Positions 1-9,912 of a stretch of 64,000 nucleotides of DNA are shown here, piece after piece. Origin of the DNA: a virus. A program made the position numbers and the translations under genes. Numbering within the stretch: the first letter of the stretch is position 1; each line of letters starts with the position of its first letter. Under the pieces are notes generated by a model. It searched no databases. It saw only the letters and a list, made by a program, of their open reading frames with translations, and had not been told where the DNA came from. Location: positions 806 through 64,805 of IMG/VR virus record IMGVR_UViG_3300037310_000240, one strand, 5' to 3'.

Positions 1-156
1 CGCAAGGTCGGGATCCCGCAGGACGTGGCGGCCGACTACGTGGCCGCCGACAGGAAGGAAGGCAAGTACGCGGACGGCGGCATCGTCGGCGCAGGCAACG
101 CCGCGCCGCGCTCCTATCCGAAGGTCAAGGTTTCATCCACGAAGAAAGGCAGGTGA
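1..156 (+). CDS. 3' end of a small hypothetical protein, truncated by the window edge
   Basis: Frame 1 reads RKVGIPQDVAADYVAADRKEGKYADGGIVG...KKGR* with GC-rich third positions; carries the YADGG motif seen in other small genes. Confidence 0.6.
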   Translation, partial: RKVGIPQDVAADYVAADRKEGKYADGGIVGAGNAAPRSYPKVKVSSTKKGR

Positions 157-161
157 GAAAC

Positions 162-371
162 ATGGGCGCATCGATTGCGAAGAACACCTCGGGCGGCGGC
201 ACGACGTTCCCGGGCGGCTCGGTGTCCGCGCCGAGGGAAGGCAAGGGCGGGGGTCCCAAGTCCCCGACCAACCCGGTGAAATCCGGCAGCAAGGACTTCA
301 TCGCGGGCGGCGGCTGCTCCGACCACTTCACGCAGGTCACGGCGCAGCGCGAGTACGGCAAGAAGAAGTAG
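162..371 (+). CDS. small basic Gly-rich hypothetical protein
   Basis: ATG at 162 after AGGTGAGA; ends ...QREYGKKK, like the C-termini of the 9368 and 9601 ORFs. Confidence 0.6.
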   Translation: MGASIAKNTSGGGTTFPGGSVSAPREGKGGGPKSPTNPVKSGSKDFIAGGGCSDHFTQVTAQREYGKKK

Positions 372-424
372 CTTCACCGCAGCACCGCAGCACCCACCAT
401 CCAACCATCTAGGAAAGGCATCAA

Positions 425-859
425 ATGGCGAACTACACCACGTATGCGAACGGCGCCCCGATCGCCCCCGGCGTCGAGGTCAAGACCGGCGGCCCGGGCG
501 CCCCGGCGATCGTGTTCTACACGAACACCTTCGACGCGTCCCTGCGCAACATCACCACGTCCGACACAGCGGACATCCTGAACCTGCCGGCGGGCGGACT
601 CGTGCAGGGCTTCACCTACCAGATCCTGACGGCCGATGCCGGCGGCGGCACGATCGGGCTGGGCGAGGGCGCCTCGACGGGCATCTACGTCGCGGCGGGC
701 ACGGCGATCAGCGCCACCACCCAGCCCACGGCGGGCAACGGGTCGGCCACGTACCCGCGCTCGATGGGTTCGTCCGACAAGACGGTGCGCATGTCGGTGG
801 CGACCGCGACCGTGACGACCCTGAAGCTGCGGGTCACGGCGCAGGTGCTGATGGCCTAG
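425..859 (+). CDS. putative virion structural protein (capsid cement/decoration-like)
   Basis: 144 aa, Thr/Ala/Gly-rich beta-type sequence (ILNLPAGGLVQG); purine-rich SD AGGAAAGG; function is inference. Confidence 0.5.
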   Translation: MANYTTYANGAPIAPGVEVKTGGPGAPAIVFYTNTFDASLRNITTSDTADILNLPAGGLVQGFTYQILTADAGGGTIGLGEGASTGIYVAAGTAISATTQPTAGNGSATYPRSMGSSDKTVRMSVATATVTTLKLRVTAQVLMA

Positions 860-876
860 GCGTAATTGGAGGAGGG

Positions 877-2343
877 GTGTCGCAACCGGCCCTTGTCGCC
901 TACACGCCACCGGGGCCGGTGGCGGCGGATTTCCATCGCTCCAACGACTACGTTCGCGGACTGCTCGGCCCGGTCGGGTCGGGCAAGTCCTCGTCGTGCT
1001 GCTGGGAAATCATGCGGCGCGCATCGATGCAGGAGCCGGACCGCAGGGGTGTGCGCCGCACGCGCTGGGCGGTGATCCGCAACACCTACGGCGAGTTGAA
1101 GACCACGACCATCAAGACGTGGCTCGAATGGTTCGAGGGCATCGGCACGATGAAGTGGGACCCGCCGATCACCTTTCGCGGAAAGATCGGCGACATCGGC
1201 GACGGCACCGCGATGGACATCGAGGTGATCTTTCTCGCGCTCGACCGCCCCGAGGACCTCGGCAAGCTGCGGTCCTTGGAACTGACCGGCGGGTGGATCA
1301 ACGAGGCATCCGAGGTCCACGACGAAATCCTGCAGATGCTGACGCAGCGCGTGAACCGCTTCCCGCCCGCGCCGGATGGCGTCGGCGGCGCGACGTGGAC
1401 CGGCGTCATCTACGATTCCAACTTCCCCGACGACGACCACTGGATCTACGCGCTCAACGTCGAGAAGAAAACCGAGACCTACTCGCTGTACCGGCAGCCC
1501 GGCGGCCTGATTTACGTGGCCGGCGACATCAACTCGCGGGACTCGTACAAGCCCAACCCGGCGGCCGAGAACATCCGCAACCTGAAGGGCGGGTACGAGT
1601 ACTACTTCCAGCAGCTGCCCGGCAAGAGCGAGAAGTACATCCGGGTGTTCATCCTCGCGCAGTGGGGGACGACCCTTTCCGGGCAGCTGGTGTACCCCGA
1701 GTGGTCCGAGACGAAACACCTGTCGCCAGTCGAACTCAAGCCGATTGAGGGCCGGACCATCGTGCTGTCGTTCGACTACGGCCTCACGCCGGCCTGCCTC
1801 GCCGGGCAGCTGGGTCCGCTCGGGCGCGCGGTGGTGCTGCGCGAGTGGTGCGCCGACAAGGAAGGCATGGGCATCCGCCAGTTTTATTCCGAGGTGGTGC
1901 GCCCGGACGTGATGAACGAGTTCAAGCAGTACCGCATCGAGGCGACCGGCGACCCGAGCGGGCGCAGCCGCATGCCCACCGACGAGCGTTCCTGCGAGCA
2001 GGAACTGGCCGGGCTGGGCCTCGCGGTCGAGGGCGCGCTGACGAACGACTTCCTGCCACGGCGCGACGCCGTGGCGTACTTCCTGCGGGCGCAGGCGGGC
2101 GACAACCCGGCGTTCATCATGGACCCGCGCTGCCGCATGCTGCGCAAGGGGTTCAACGGCGGCTACCACTATGCGCGCCTGCAGACCTCGGGGCCGTACC
2201 CGCGCTACCGCGACCGCCCCGACAAGAACATGTTCTCCCACCCGCACGACGCGCTGCAGTACCTGTGCATGTACCTGCGCGAGGACCTGAATCCGGTGCG
2301 GGCGCAACCTGTCCAGCGCGTGAGCGCGGGGGCGTGGAGTTGA
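877..2343 (+). CDS. terL: terminase large subunit
   Basis: Walker A GPVGSGKS, Walker B GGWINE, nuclease motifs SFDYG and HPHDALQY; directly upstream of portal; SD GGAGGA. Confidence 0.95.
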   Translation: MSQPALVAYTPPGPVAADFHRSNDYVRGLLGPVGSGKSSSCCWEIMRRASMQEPDRRGVRRTRWAVIRNTYGELKTTTIKTWLEWFEGIGTMKWDPPITFRGKIGDIGDGTAMDIEVIFLALDRPEDLGKLRSLELTGGWINEASEVHDEILQMLTQRVNRFPPAPDGVGGATWTGVIYDSNFPDDDHWIYALNVEKKTETYSLYRQPGGLIYVAGDINSRDSYKPNPAAENIRNLKGGYEYYFQQLPGKSEKYIRVFILAQWGTTLSGQLVYPEWSETKHLSPVELKPIEGRTIVLSFDYGLTPACLAGQLGPLGRAVVLREWCADKEGMGIRQFYSEVVRPDVMNEFKQYRIEATGDPSGRSRMPTDERSCEQELAGLGLAVEGALTNDFLPRRDAVAYFLRAQAGDNPAFIMDPRCRMLRKGFNGGYHYARLQTSGPYPRYRDRPDKNMFSHPHDALQYLCMYLREDLNPVRAQPVQRVSAGAWS

Positions 2344-2346
2344 TCT

Positions 2347-4983
2347 ATGGCGAACCTGCTGGGCAACGACGCGACCGCATCCTTCTCCAACCTCGCGCGA
2401 GTGGGGCCGGTGCAGGAGAGCGCCTCCCCGGGCGCCACCTCGAAGTTCGCCGCGATCCCGGTGAGCAACGAGCAGGTCATCACGTCGCTCGCCGGCTACG
2501 TGCAGCAGTGCTACGACCGCGCGCTCACCGCCAAGCAGCACATCACCGAGCGTCTGCTGAAGTGCGATCGCCAGCGTCGGGGCGAGTACGACCCCGAGAA
2601 GCTGGCCGAGATTCGCAAGGTCGGCGGCAGCGAGGTCTACCTGATGCTGACCGACATCAAATGCTCGGCGGCCGAGTCGTGGATCCGCGACGTGATGCTC
2701 AACGCTGGCGAGCGCGCGTGGGACGTGGAACCCACGCCCGAGCCGAGCCTGCCGAACGCGCTGCGCGAGCAGATCATCGAAATGGTCTCGATGGAAGCGC
2801 AGATGGTGCAGCAGCAGGGCGTGCAGGTGACGCGCGAGGTGATCGGCCAGCGCATGCGCGAGATTCACCTGCAGCTGCAGGATCAGATGAAAGAGGAGGC
2901 GAAGCGCGCCGCCGAGAACATGTCGGTGCGCATCGACGACATCCTGCTCGAAGCGAACTGGCCGGATCAGTTCAACGACCTGATCCACGACTTCTGCACC
3001 TTCCCGGCGGCCTTCGTGAAAGGCCCGATCTTCCGCAAGAAGCGCGCGATGCGCTGGGGCGCGGGGTGGACCCCGGTGGTGGTGGAAATCGTGGCGCCGG
3101 ACTTCGAGCGCGTCAGTCCCTACGACATCTTCCCCAGCCCGCAGGCGCTGAACGAGCAGGACGGCTACCTGTGCGAGCGCGTGCGTTACTCGCTCGGCTC
3201 GCTGTCGAAGATGATCGGCCTGCCGGGCTACAACGCGGCCGAAATCACGGCCGTCATGGAGCAGTACCGGCGCGGCGGGCTGCGCAACCTGACCTACGGC
3301 GAGACCGAGAGGGACCGCCTCGGGGGCCGCATCCCGTGGTACGACTCGAACGAAATCATCGAGGGCGTCGAGTACTGGGGCGAGATTCCCGGGCTGCTGC
3401 TCCACGAGTGGGGCATGCAGCAGAAGATCGACCCCTACACGGTCTACCCGTGCAAGGTCATCAAGATCGGCAGCCACGTCATCTACGCGAGCCTGAACCC
3501 CGACCCGCTCGGGCGCCGCCCCTACCGGCGCATGTGCTTCGAGCAGACCCCGGGCGCGTTTTGGGGCAAGGCGCTGCCCGAGAAGATGACCGACACGCAG
3601 GCGATGTGCAACGCCTCGGGGCGCGCCTTGGCGAACAACATGGGCGTGGCCTCCGGGCCGCAGGTCGAGGTTACGGTCGATCGCCTGCCGACCGGCGAGA
3701 ACGTGACGCAGATGTTCCCGTGGAAGGTGTGGCAGACGACTTCCGACCGGACGGGCGGCGGGCAGCCGGCGATCCGGTTTTTCCAGCCCGACATGAACGC
3801 GCAGCCGCTGCTGGAGGTGCTGCAGTACTTCGTGCGTATTTCGGACGAGGTGACGGGCGTGCCGAACTACATCTACGGCACCGGCACCACGGGCGGCGCG
3901 GGGCGCACGGCCTCGGGCCTGTCGATGCTGATGGACAACGCCTCGAAGGGAATCAAGCAGGCGATCCTGCACCTCGATCGCGGCATCAACGCGATGCTCA
4001 CGTCGCTGTACGAGTGGCTGATGATGAACGACCCGGACCAGAGCATCAAGGGCGACATGCAGGTCGTCCCGTCCGGCATCGTGGGCGCCTTGGTGATGGA
4101 TCACGTGCAGGAGAAGCGCCAGCAGTTCCTGCAGCTGACCTCGAACCCGATCGACATGCAGATCATGGGCGCGAAGGGTCGCGCCTCGCTGTTGCGGCAG
4201 CTGGCGCGCGGACTGAAGATGAACGTGGACTCGATCGTCCCGAGCGACGAGAAGATCGAGCAGGCGATGCAGGGCGGCGGCATCCCGCCAGAGGTGATGG
4301 CGCAGATGGAGCAGCTGCAGCAGGAGGTGATGCAGCTGACCATGCAGGTGCAGGACAAGTCCGAGGAAATGGTGGTGCGCCGCGAGGAAATCGGCGCCCG
4401 CATCGAGGAGGCTCGCATTCGCGCCGACGCGATGATCGACTCGCGCATCCACGAATCCGAGTTGCGCGCCAAGGTCGAGGCGGACGCGCGCATGGACGAG
4501 GCGCGCCTGCATGCCAAGCTGGAGCGCGAGAAGATCGCCGCCAAGCGCGACGACTCGCGCGCCTCCGAGCAGGGCCGCAAGGCGGTCGAGTCCTTGGTGG
4601 CGCCGCTGGTGCGGCAGCTGGAGAAGCTGCAGGCCGAAATCAAGACCAACGAGAAGGTACGCAAGGCCGAGGACAAGGGGCGCAAGGAAGCCGAGAAGGA
4701 CCGGAAGGCCGAGGAAAAGACGGAGCCTGTCCCCATGTCTCCGGTCCAGATCATCAACACGCCCGACGGGCAGGCGATCAAGGCGGCCGAGCCGCAGCCG
4801 ATCGTGCTGAAGATCGCGATGCCGGACCCGGGTGACAAGAGCGTTGAATTCGTGCGCGACGCGAGCGGCAAGATCAAGAGCGCGAAGGTCAAGCAGAGCG
4901 GGAAAACTCAGGAAGTCGTCGTCGAAGTCGAGGCGAAGGGCGACAAGCCCAAGCCCAAGAACAACACGGGAGGGGGAAAGTAA
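2347..4983 (+). CDS. portal protein with long C-terminal coiled-coil extension
   Basis: 878 aa after TerL; VSPYDIFPSP, GAFWGKALPE and GRTASGLSMLM motifs typical of podovirus portals; charged helical tail. Confidence 0.9.
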   Translation: MANLLGNDATASFSNLARVGPVQESASPGATSKFAAIPVSNEQVITSLAGYVQQCYDRALTAKQHITERLLKCDRQRRGEYDPEKLAEIRKVGGSEVYLMLTDIKCSAAESWIRDVMLNAGERAWDVEPTPEPSLPNALREQIIEMVSMEAQMVQQQGVQVTREVIGQRMREIHLQLQDQMKEEAKRAAENMSVRIDDILLEANWPDQFNDLIHDFCTFPAAFVKGPIFRKKRAMRWGAGWTPVVVEIVAPDFERVSPYDIFPSPQALNEQDGYLCERVRYSLGSLSKMIGLPGYNAAEITAVMEQYRRGGLRNLTYGETERDRLGGRIPWYDSNEIIEGVEYWGEIPGLLLHEWGMQQKIDPYTVYPCKVIKIGSHVIYASLNPDPLGRRPYRRMCFEQTPGAFWGKALPEKMTDTQAMCNASGRALANNMGVASGPQVEVTVDRLPTGENVTQMFPWKVWQTTSDRTGGGQPAIRFFQPDMNAQPLLEVLQYFVRISDEVTGVPNYIYGTGTTGGAGRTASGLSMLMDNASKGIKQAILHLDRGINAMLTSLYEWLMMNDPDQSIKGDMQVVPSGIVGALVMDHVQEKRQQFLQLTSNPIDMQIMGAKGRASLLRQLARGLKMNVDSIVPSDEKIEQAMQGGGIPPEVMAQMEQLQQEVMQLTMQVQDKSEEMVVRREEIGARIEEARIRADAMIDSRIHESELRAKVEADARMDEARLHAKLEREKIAAKRDDSRASEQGRKAVESLVAPLVRQLEKLQAEIKTNEKVRKAEDKGRKEAEKDRKAEEKTEPVPMSPVQIINTPDGQAIKAAEPQPIVLKIAMPDPGDKSVEFVRDASGKIKSAKVKQSGKTQEVVVEVEAKGDKPKPKNNTGGGK

Positions 4984-5205
4984 ATGGTGAAGTGCTGCGG
5001 TACGTGCCTCGCGTACAACGCGATGTCCCAGCAATGCCGGCGTGAGTCGCCGAAGGTGTTCGTGATCGGGGTGAACCCCAAGACGGGTCCGATCACGTTC
5101 TCGGCGTGGCCGCCGGCCTCGGCGCAGGATCCCGGCTGCATGCAGTACGAGCGCGACGAGAACGCGGTGGAACCCGTGCCGGGCGGGGTGGGCGAGGCCG
5201 GGTAA
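4984..5205 (+). CDS. small Cys-containing hypothetical protein
   Basis: Starts right after the portal stop; CxxC...CRRESP...WP...C pattern. Confidence 0.6.
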   Translation: MVKCCGTCLAYNAMSQQCRRESPKVFVIGVNPKTGPITFSAWPPASAQDPGCMQYERDENAVEPVPGGVGEAG

Positions 5206-5226
5206 CACCGGAACCCGGGTCCCAAC

Positions 5227-7122
5227 GTGGGAGCGTCTGCCCGGCACGCCAAGGTCCTGCCGTCCCCGAGTACCGGGGCGGACCCGAACAAGGTCTACGG
5301 CGCCGACTGGAATCAGTCGGTTCAGGTTTTCGGGGTGGCCGAGCAGGCGGCGCTCGATGTCCTGTCGAACGCGCTTTCCGCATTGGAGGTGCGGGTCTCC
5401 GCGCTGAGCGGGGCGCCGAGCGGCGCATCGGTCACGTCGGACGAGTTGTCCATCGTGGCGGCCGGGCTGTCGGTGCGCGTGGATTCAACCGCGCAACAGC
5501 TGTCCCTGCTGTCGCAGCAGAATTCCGTGGACCACGCCTCGATCATGGCGGCGGTCAACGTGGTGTCGAACGCGCTGTCGGCCGAGACCGCCGCCCGCGC
5601 CGCCGCCGATAACACGCTGTCGAACAACCTGTCGGCGTTGTCGCAGCAGAACTCGGTCGATCACGTCTCGATCAGGAACCTGATTTCGATCCTGTCGCAA
5701 GCGGTGTCCGTGGCCGACACGGCTCTGTCAGTGCGCGTGGACTCGGTGGCGCAAGGGCTGTCCGCGCTGTCGAACGCAAACTCGGCTGCCCACGTCTCCC
5801 TGAACAACGCCGCCTCGAACGCCCTCTCGGTGGCGAACGCGGCGTCGCAGGCAGCCAGCGTGGCGGGCGCGAACGCGTCGAACGCGCTCTCGATCCTGAA
5901 CAACCTGTCGGCCCACGAATCCGCAGGCGGCGTGTCTGTCACCGGGCTTCAGGCGATCCTCGACGCGCTGTCTCGCAGGATCAGCGCGGAAGCCCCGCAG
6001 GGCGGCGGTGGCGGCAGCGTCACCAGCACGGAAGTCTCGGCGGGCGATGCGGCTGTGAGCTTGCAGGCGGCGAGCGCGTTGTCGCAGGCCATGTCGCTCA
6101 CGTCTGTTGCGCTGGCTGGGCTGTCGGCCAGAGTGGATTCCGTGGCGAACGGGGTGAGCATCGTCAGCAACGCAGCGTCGAACGCCCTGTCCGTGGCGAA
6201 CGCCGCATCGCAGGCTGCGTCGGTTGCAGATACGAAAGCCTCGAATGCTCAATCGGACTTGAACAGCGTCAGGTCGAACCTGCTGTCGCAGATCAGCCAG
6301 TTGAACAGCGTCCACTCGGCGCTGTCTCAGGCGAACTCTGCGGCGCACGTTTCGCTCAACAACGCGGCAAGCAACGCCCTGTCAGTAGCGAATGCCGCGA
6401 GCCAGGCGGCGAGCGTGGCGGACGTCAAGGGATCGACTGCGCTCTCGATCCTGAACAACCTGTCGGCGCATGAGTCTGCGGGCGCGACGTCCACGACCGG
6501 ATTACAGGCGATTCTGGATGCGCTCTCCCGCCGCATCAGCGCGGAAGCCCCGCAGGGTGGAGGTGGAGGATCGGTGACGAGCACCGAACTCTCGGCGGTG
6601 AGCGCGCAGGCCGCGAGCGCGATCAACGTGGTGTCGGCAGCGCTCGTCTCGGAGCAGGCTCTCACGCAGCGCCGTGTCCGCGCTGCCTCGATCACGGTGT
6701 CGGCAGCGACGATGACTAACATTCCGAGCCTGTCGATCTCGTGCGCGGCTGGCGGTGTGTACGAGATCGATGGATGGGTGGCCTACGAGGCGCTTACTTC
6801 CGGCGGCTTCGCGTTTGGTGCGTCCCTGCCCGCCCTCGGGCAACTCGGGGCCAACTTCATCGTTGACATGATGTCCCTTGGCGGTTCGCAAACTGGTGCG
6901 GGCCATAGCGCGGGAGTGGTTGCCATGTCTGCGGTTGCGGCAGGGCAGACGATCATGGCCTCGGCCTCCATCGCCACCATCAACTCCCGCCGCCATGTGA
7001 ATTTTCGCGGCGTGTTTGAGGCAAGCGCAGCAGGCACCTTCCAACTGATGGCGAAAACGTCGGTTGCTGGAGCGGGAATTCTCATCAAGGGCGGCTACAT
7101 CAAGGCTGTGAGGATCGTGTAA
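5227..7122 (+). CDS. Ser/Ala-rich repetitive fibre-like protein with C-terminal beta domain
   Basis: 631 aa; recurring SNALSVANAASQAASVA and a ~90-aa internal duplication; coiled-coil-like composition. Confidence 0.75.
   Translation: MGASARHAKVLPSPSTGADPNKVYGADWNQSVQVFGVAEQAALDVLSNALSALEVRVSALSGAPSGASVTSDELSIVAAGLSVRVDSTAQQLSLLSQQNSVDHASIMAAVNVVSNALSAETAARAAADNTLSNNLSALSQQNSVDHVSIRNLISILSQAVSVADTALSVRVDSVAQGLSALSNANSAAHVSLNNAASNALSVANAASQAASVAGANASNALSILNNLSAHESAGGVSVTGLQAILDALSRRISAEAPQGGGGGSVTSTEVSAGDAAVSLQAASALSQAMSLTSVALAGLSARVDSVANGVSIVSNAASNALSVANAASQAASVADTKASNAQSDLNSVRSNLLSQISQLNSVHSALSQANSAAHVSLNNAASNALSVANAASQAASVADVKGSTALSILNNLSAHESAGATSTTGLQAILDALSRRISAEAPQGGGGGSVTSTELSAVSAQAASAINVVSAALVSEQALTQRRVRAASITVSAATMTNIPSLSISCAAGGVYEIDGWVAYEALTSGGFAFGASLPALGQLGANFIVDMMSLGGSQTGAGHSAGVVAMSAVAAGQTIMASASIATINSRRHVNFRGVFEASAAGTFQLMAKTSVAGAGILIKGGYIKAVRIV
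5761..6590 (+). repeat. intragenic duplication of about 270 bp
   Basis: Block NSAAHVSLNNAASNALSV...LQAILDALSRRISAEAPQGGGGGSVTSTE occurs twice (~5761-6033 and ~6318-6590) with synonymous divergence. Confidence 0.85.
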
Positions 7123-7388
7123 TGGCGCACAGGGCGATCATTCGCGAAACACGCTTTGAGCCTTCTCCTTCCGTGGTCGGAGCGGTAGAGGCGACCTACA
7201 GCATCCTGTTCATCGACACCGTAGGGACTGCGCACGAGGCTGCGGAAGTGGTGCTGACCATCGACCTTTCGGGCACGATCAACTCCATCCAGAGCCAGAT
7301 CGCCAGCGCGATCCGGTCTCATGGCGCATCGCTCGGGCTGACGGTCGGGGTGAACGATGTGTTGCTCAACGATTTTGTAAAGGGGTAG
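7122..7388 (+). CDS. hypothetical protein
   Basis: Coupled via TAATG to the fibre gene; 88 aa. Confidence 0.7.
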   Translation: MAHRAIIRETRFEPSPSVVGAVEATYSILFIDTVGTAHEAAEVVLTIDLSGTINSIQSQIASAIRSHGASLGLTVGVNDVLLNDFVKG

Positions 7389-7390
7389 GA

Positions 7391-8740
7391 ATGCTCGACT
7401 TCAAGAACCTGCCGCCCACAAAGTATTGCATCGAGGATTGGCTGCGTGACGAGCAGATCAAGGTCAATCTGCGGCGCAAAGACATCGGCCGAATTCAGGC
7501 ACATCCCGATCGCGACGATCCGATCGCGGTGGTCGGCTTCGGCGCCAGCCTGAAGGACACGTGGGAGGAAATCAGGAACTTCAAGTACATCATCACCTGC
7601 TCGGGCGCGCACAAGTTCCTGATCGAGCGCGGCATCATCCCGACGTGGCATCTGGAAGTTGATCCGCGCGAACACAAGGTCGAGTTGCTGGGCGACCCGC
7701 ACCCCGACGTGATCTACCTGCCGGCCTCGACTGTGCATCCAAGGTACTTCGACCTCCTGCAGGGCCACAAGGTCGAAATGTGGCACATCTTCGAGGGCAC
7801 CGAGGAATCCAAGTACAAGCTGCCGCGCGGCGAGTGGACGGTGCTGGGCGGCATCGACGCCGGGCAGAGGTGCATGGCGATGGCGCGATTCTTCGGGTTT
7901 TGGGATCAGCACGTCTTCGGCATCGACGGCTCGGCGCCGGAGGGCACGGACAGGAAGCATGCCGCCGCGCACCCCCTGCAGGACGGCAAGGGCATGGAGC
8001 AGATCGAGTACCCGGAAGGCTCGGGACGGCTGTGGAACACGTCGCTCGCCCTGATCGCGGCAGTGAAGCAGATCTGGCACGAACTCGACATGATGCCCTC
8101 GGTGCGGGCGACGTTCTACGGTCGCGGGCTGATTCAGGAAATGGCGAAATCCTACGTGCGCCAACTGCCGGACCAGAGCGGCGTCGGGATCGTGGCGACC
8201 ATCCGGCCGACGCTGATTTCAGAGGAGTACAGGGCGATGAACGCGCAGCTGCATCGCGACAACCTCGCCTTCGGCGTCGGCGGCGGCAGGCACGCCGAGA
8301 CGGTGGCGAGGATGAAAATCAAGATCGGGGCAGCCTCGGTGCTGGACTACGGCTCCGGCAAAGGCTATCTCGCGAAGGCGCTGCCGTTCCCGATTTGGGA
8401 GTACGACCCGGCGATCGAGGGCAAGGACCAAGCGCCGCGCCCGGCTGAACTCGTGGTGTGTACCGACGTGCTGGAACACATCGAGCCGGACAAGCTGCTG
8501 GCGGTGCTGGACGACCTGCGGCGCGTCACCAAGAAGATCGGGTTCTTCGTCATCCACACCGGGCCGAGTTCCAAGAGTCTGCCCGACGGCCGGAACGCGC
8601 ACCTGATCCAGCAGCCGATCCTGTGGTGGAAGGAAATGCTTGACGCGTTTTTCAACGTCGCGCAGATCAAGGAATCCGGCCCGCTGCTGTACTGCGTCGT
8701 TTCTCCCAAGAGGGCGGCAGCGACGCGCAAGGCGGCGTAA
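7391..8740 (+). CDS. DUF115/Maf (MptE-like) domain fused to class I SAM methyltransferase
   Basis: N-terminal IAVVGFGASL...IITCSGAHKFLIERGIIP..HLEVDP and VFGIDGS (DUF115-like); C-terminal VLDYGSGKG and CTDVLEHI (methyltransferase). Confidence 0.75.
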   Translation: MLDFKNLPPTKYCIEDWLRDEQIKVNLRRKDIGRIQAHPDRDDPIAVVGFGASLKDTWEEIRNFKYIITCSGAHKFLIERGIIPTWHLEVDPREHKVELLGDPHPDVIYLPASTVHPRYFDLLQGHKVEMWHIFEGTEESKYKLPRGEWTVLGGIDAGQRCMAMARFFGFWDQHVFGIDGSAPEGTDRKHAAAHPLQDGKGMEQIEYPEGSGRLWNTSLALIAAVKQIWHELDMMPSVRATFYGRGLIQEMAKSYVRQLPDQSGVGIVATIRPTLISEEYRAMNAQLHRDNLAFGVGGGRHAETVARMKIKIGAASVLDYGSGKGYLAKALPFPIWEYDPAIEGKDQAPRPAELVVCTDVLEHIEPDKLLAVLDDLRRVTKKIGFFVIHTGPSSKSLPDGRNAHLIQQPILWWKEMLDAFFNVAQIKESGPLLYCVVSPKRAAATRKAA

Positions 8741-9181
8741 GTGCATTTCGTCTGCGAGAACTTCGATCCCGTCTGCTTCGACACGGACTGCGGGATCGTC
8801 GTTGCTCCCGGTGGTGGCGGCGGCTACATCGGCGGTGGCGAGCCGGAGGTTGTTCGCGGCCCGCGCCGGGAAAAGACCGACTACCAGCGCCTGATCGCCG
8901 AGGTCAGGGAACGCACCCGGCGACGCATCGAGCAGGCAGAAGCGCCGCCGGAGAAGAGAGAATCAGAGGAGGTCGTGCGCATCCCGCCGATCATCGGCTC
9001 GGATGCCAGCACCGAGAGGACAAGGGTCGCCAAGGCGACCGAGGAAATCAAGCGCGAGGCTGCAGCCAAGGTGGCCAAGGCGCGCGACGACGAGATTGCC
9101 GAATTGATGCAGCTGGCGATCAAGGCCGCCGAGGACGACGACGAGGAAGCACTGACCTTCATCCTGATGGAGATTGTATGA
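8741..9181 (+). CDS. hypothetical protein with acidic C-terminus
   Basis: Contiguous in operon; ends EDDDEEALTFILMEIV. Confidence 0.7.
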   Translation: MHFVCENFDPVCFDTDCGIVVAPGGGGGYIGGGEPEVVRGPRREKTDYQRLIAEVRERTRRRIEQAEAPPEKRESEEVVRIPPIIGSDASTERTRVAKATEEIKREAAAKVAKARDDEIAELMQLAIKAAEDDDEEALTFILMEIV

Positions 9182-9366
9182 AAACCCCCACCCTGACACG
9201 CGTGCTGACCCCAGCCGATACGTACGCCGAGCGCAGCAAGGCCGGCCACAAGACCGAGATTCCGGTGCCGCACGGAGGCGTCGGTGGCGGCGGCTACGAC
9301 GGCGACATGAAGAAGAAGTCGATCCACAACGAGAAGGTCTCGTCGCTCGACAAGATCGGGGGCTGA
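9178..9366 (+). CDS. small hypothetical protein
   Basis: ATGA overlap with the upstream stop; SD GGAG. Confidence 0.6.
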   Translation: MKTPTLTRVLTPADTYAERSKAGHKTEIPVPHGGVGGGGYDGDMKKKSIHNEKVSSLDKIGG

Positions 9367-9367
9367 T

Positions 9368-9598
9368 ATGTGGTGGATCCCGCTCGCGATGATGGCGGCG
9401 CAGGCGGTCGCCAAGTCGCAGGAGAAGAAGGGCGGCGGCAAGCCCAAGGGCGACGAGTCGAACATCGGCGCCGACAAGGACATCGACTATCCGACCGAGG
9501 CCCCGCCGCCGCGCGAGCCGGACGACATCGACACCTACAAGGACGGCGGCATGATCGGGCGCTCGCACGGCAACCGCCAGTACGGGAAACGGAGGTAG
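9368..9598 (+). CDS. small protein with YKDGG and GRSHGNRQYGK motifs
   Basis: 76 aa, hydrophobic N-terminus; C-terminal motif shared with the next gene. Confidence 0.7.
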   Translation: MWWIPLAMMAAQAVAKSQEKKGGGKPKGDESNIGADKDIDYPTEAPPPREPDDIDTYKDGGMIGRSHGNRQYGKRR

Positions 9599-9600
9599 TC

Positions 9601-9909
9601 ATGGCACGTCGCCGCAGCACAGGCGCGCTTCTCGGATTCGCCGGAAGCGTGGGCGCGGGGTACATGTACGGACAGCGGATGAAGGAAATCCGCGCCCGCA
9701 ACAAGCCCAAGACCCCGGCAAGCGAGGACGAAAAGCTGGCGCTCGCGGACGCCGCGAACCGCGACGCGCTCGAAGCGGGCGACAACGCCCCCACCAGCCT
9801 GCCCAGCGACGTGAACACGGACTTCGAGGAATACGCCAACGGTGGCGTGATCCAGAGCAACCTGCCGGGACGCTCGCACGGCAACCGCAACTACGGAAAG
9901 AAAGGGTAA
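9601..9909 (+). CDS. small protein with YANGG and GRSHGNRNYGK motifs
   Basis: ATG 9601 preceded by GGAGG; C-terminus paralogous to the 9368 ORF. Confidence 0.7.
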   Translation: MARRRSTGALLGFAGSVGAGYMYGQRMKEIRARNKPKTPASEDEKLALADAANRDALEAGDNAPTSLPSDVNTDFEEYANGGVIQSNLPGRSHGNRNYGKKG

Positions 9910-9912
9910 GTC

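Noticed and set aside
856-5247. 1463-aa reverse-strand ORF and similar long antisense ORFs (30662-34840, 38108-40561)
   Set aside because: Shadow frames of high-GC3 genes with no motifs; the sense genes are clearly identified
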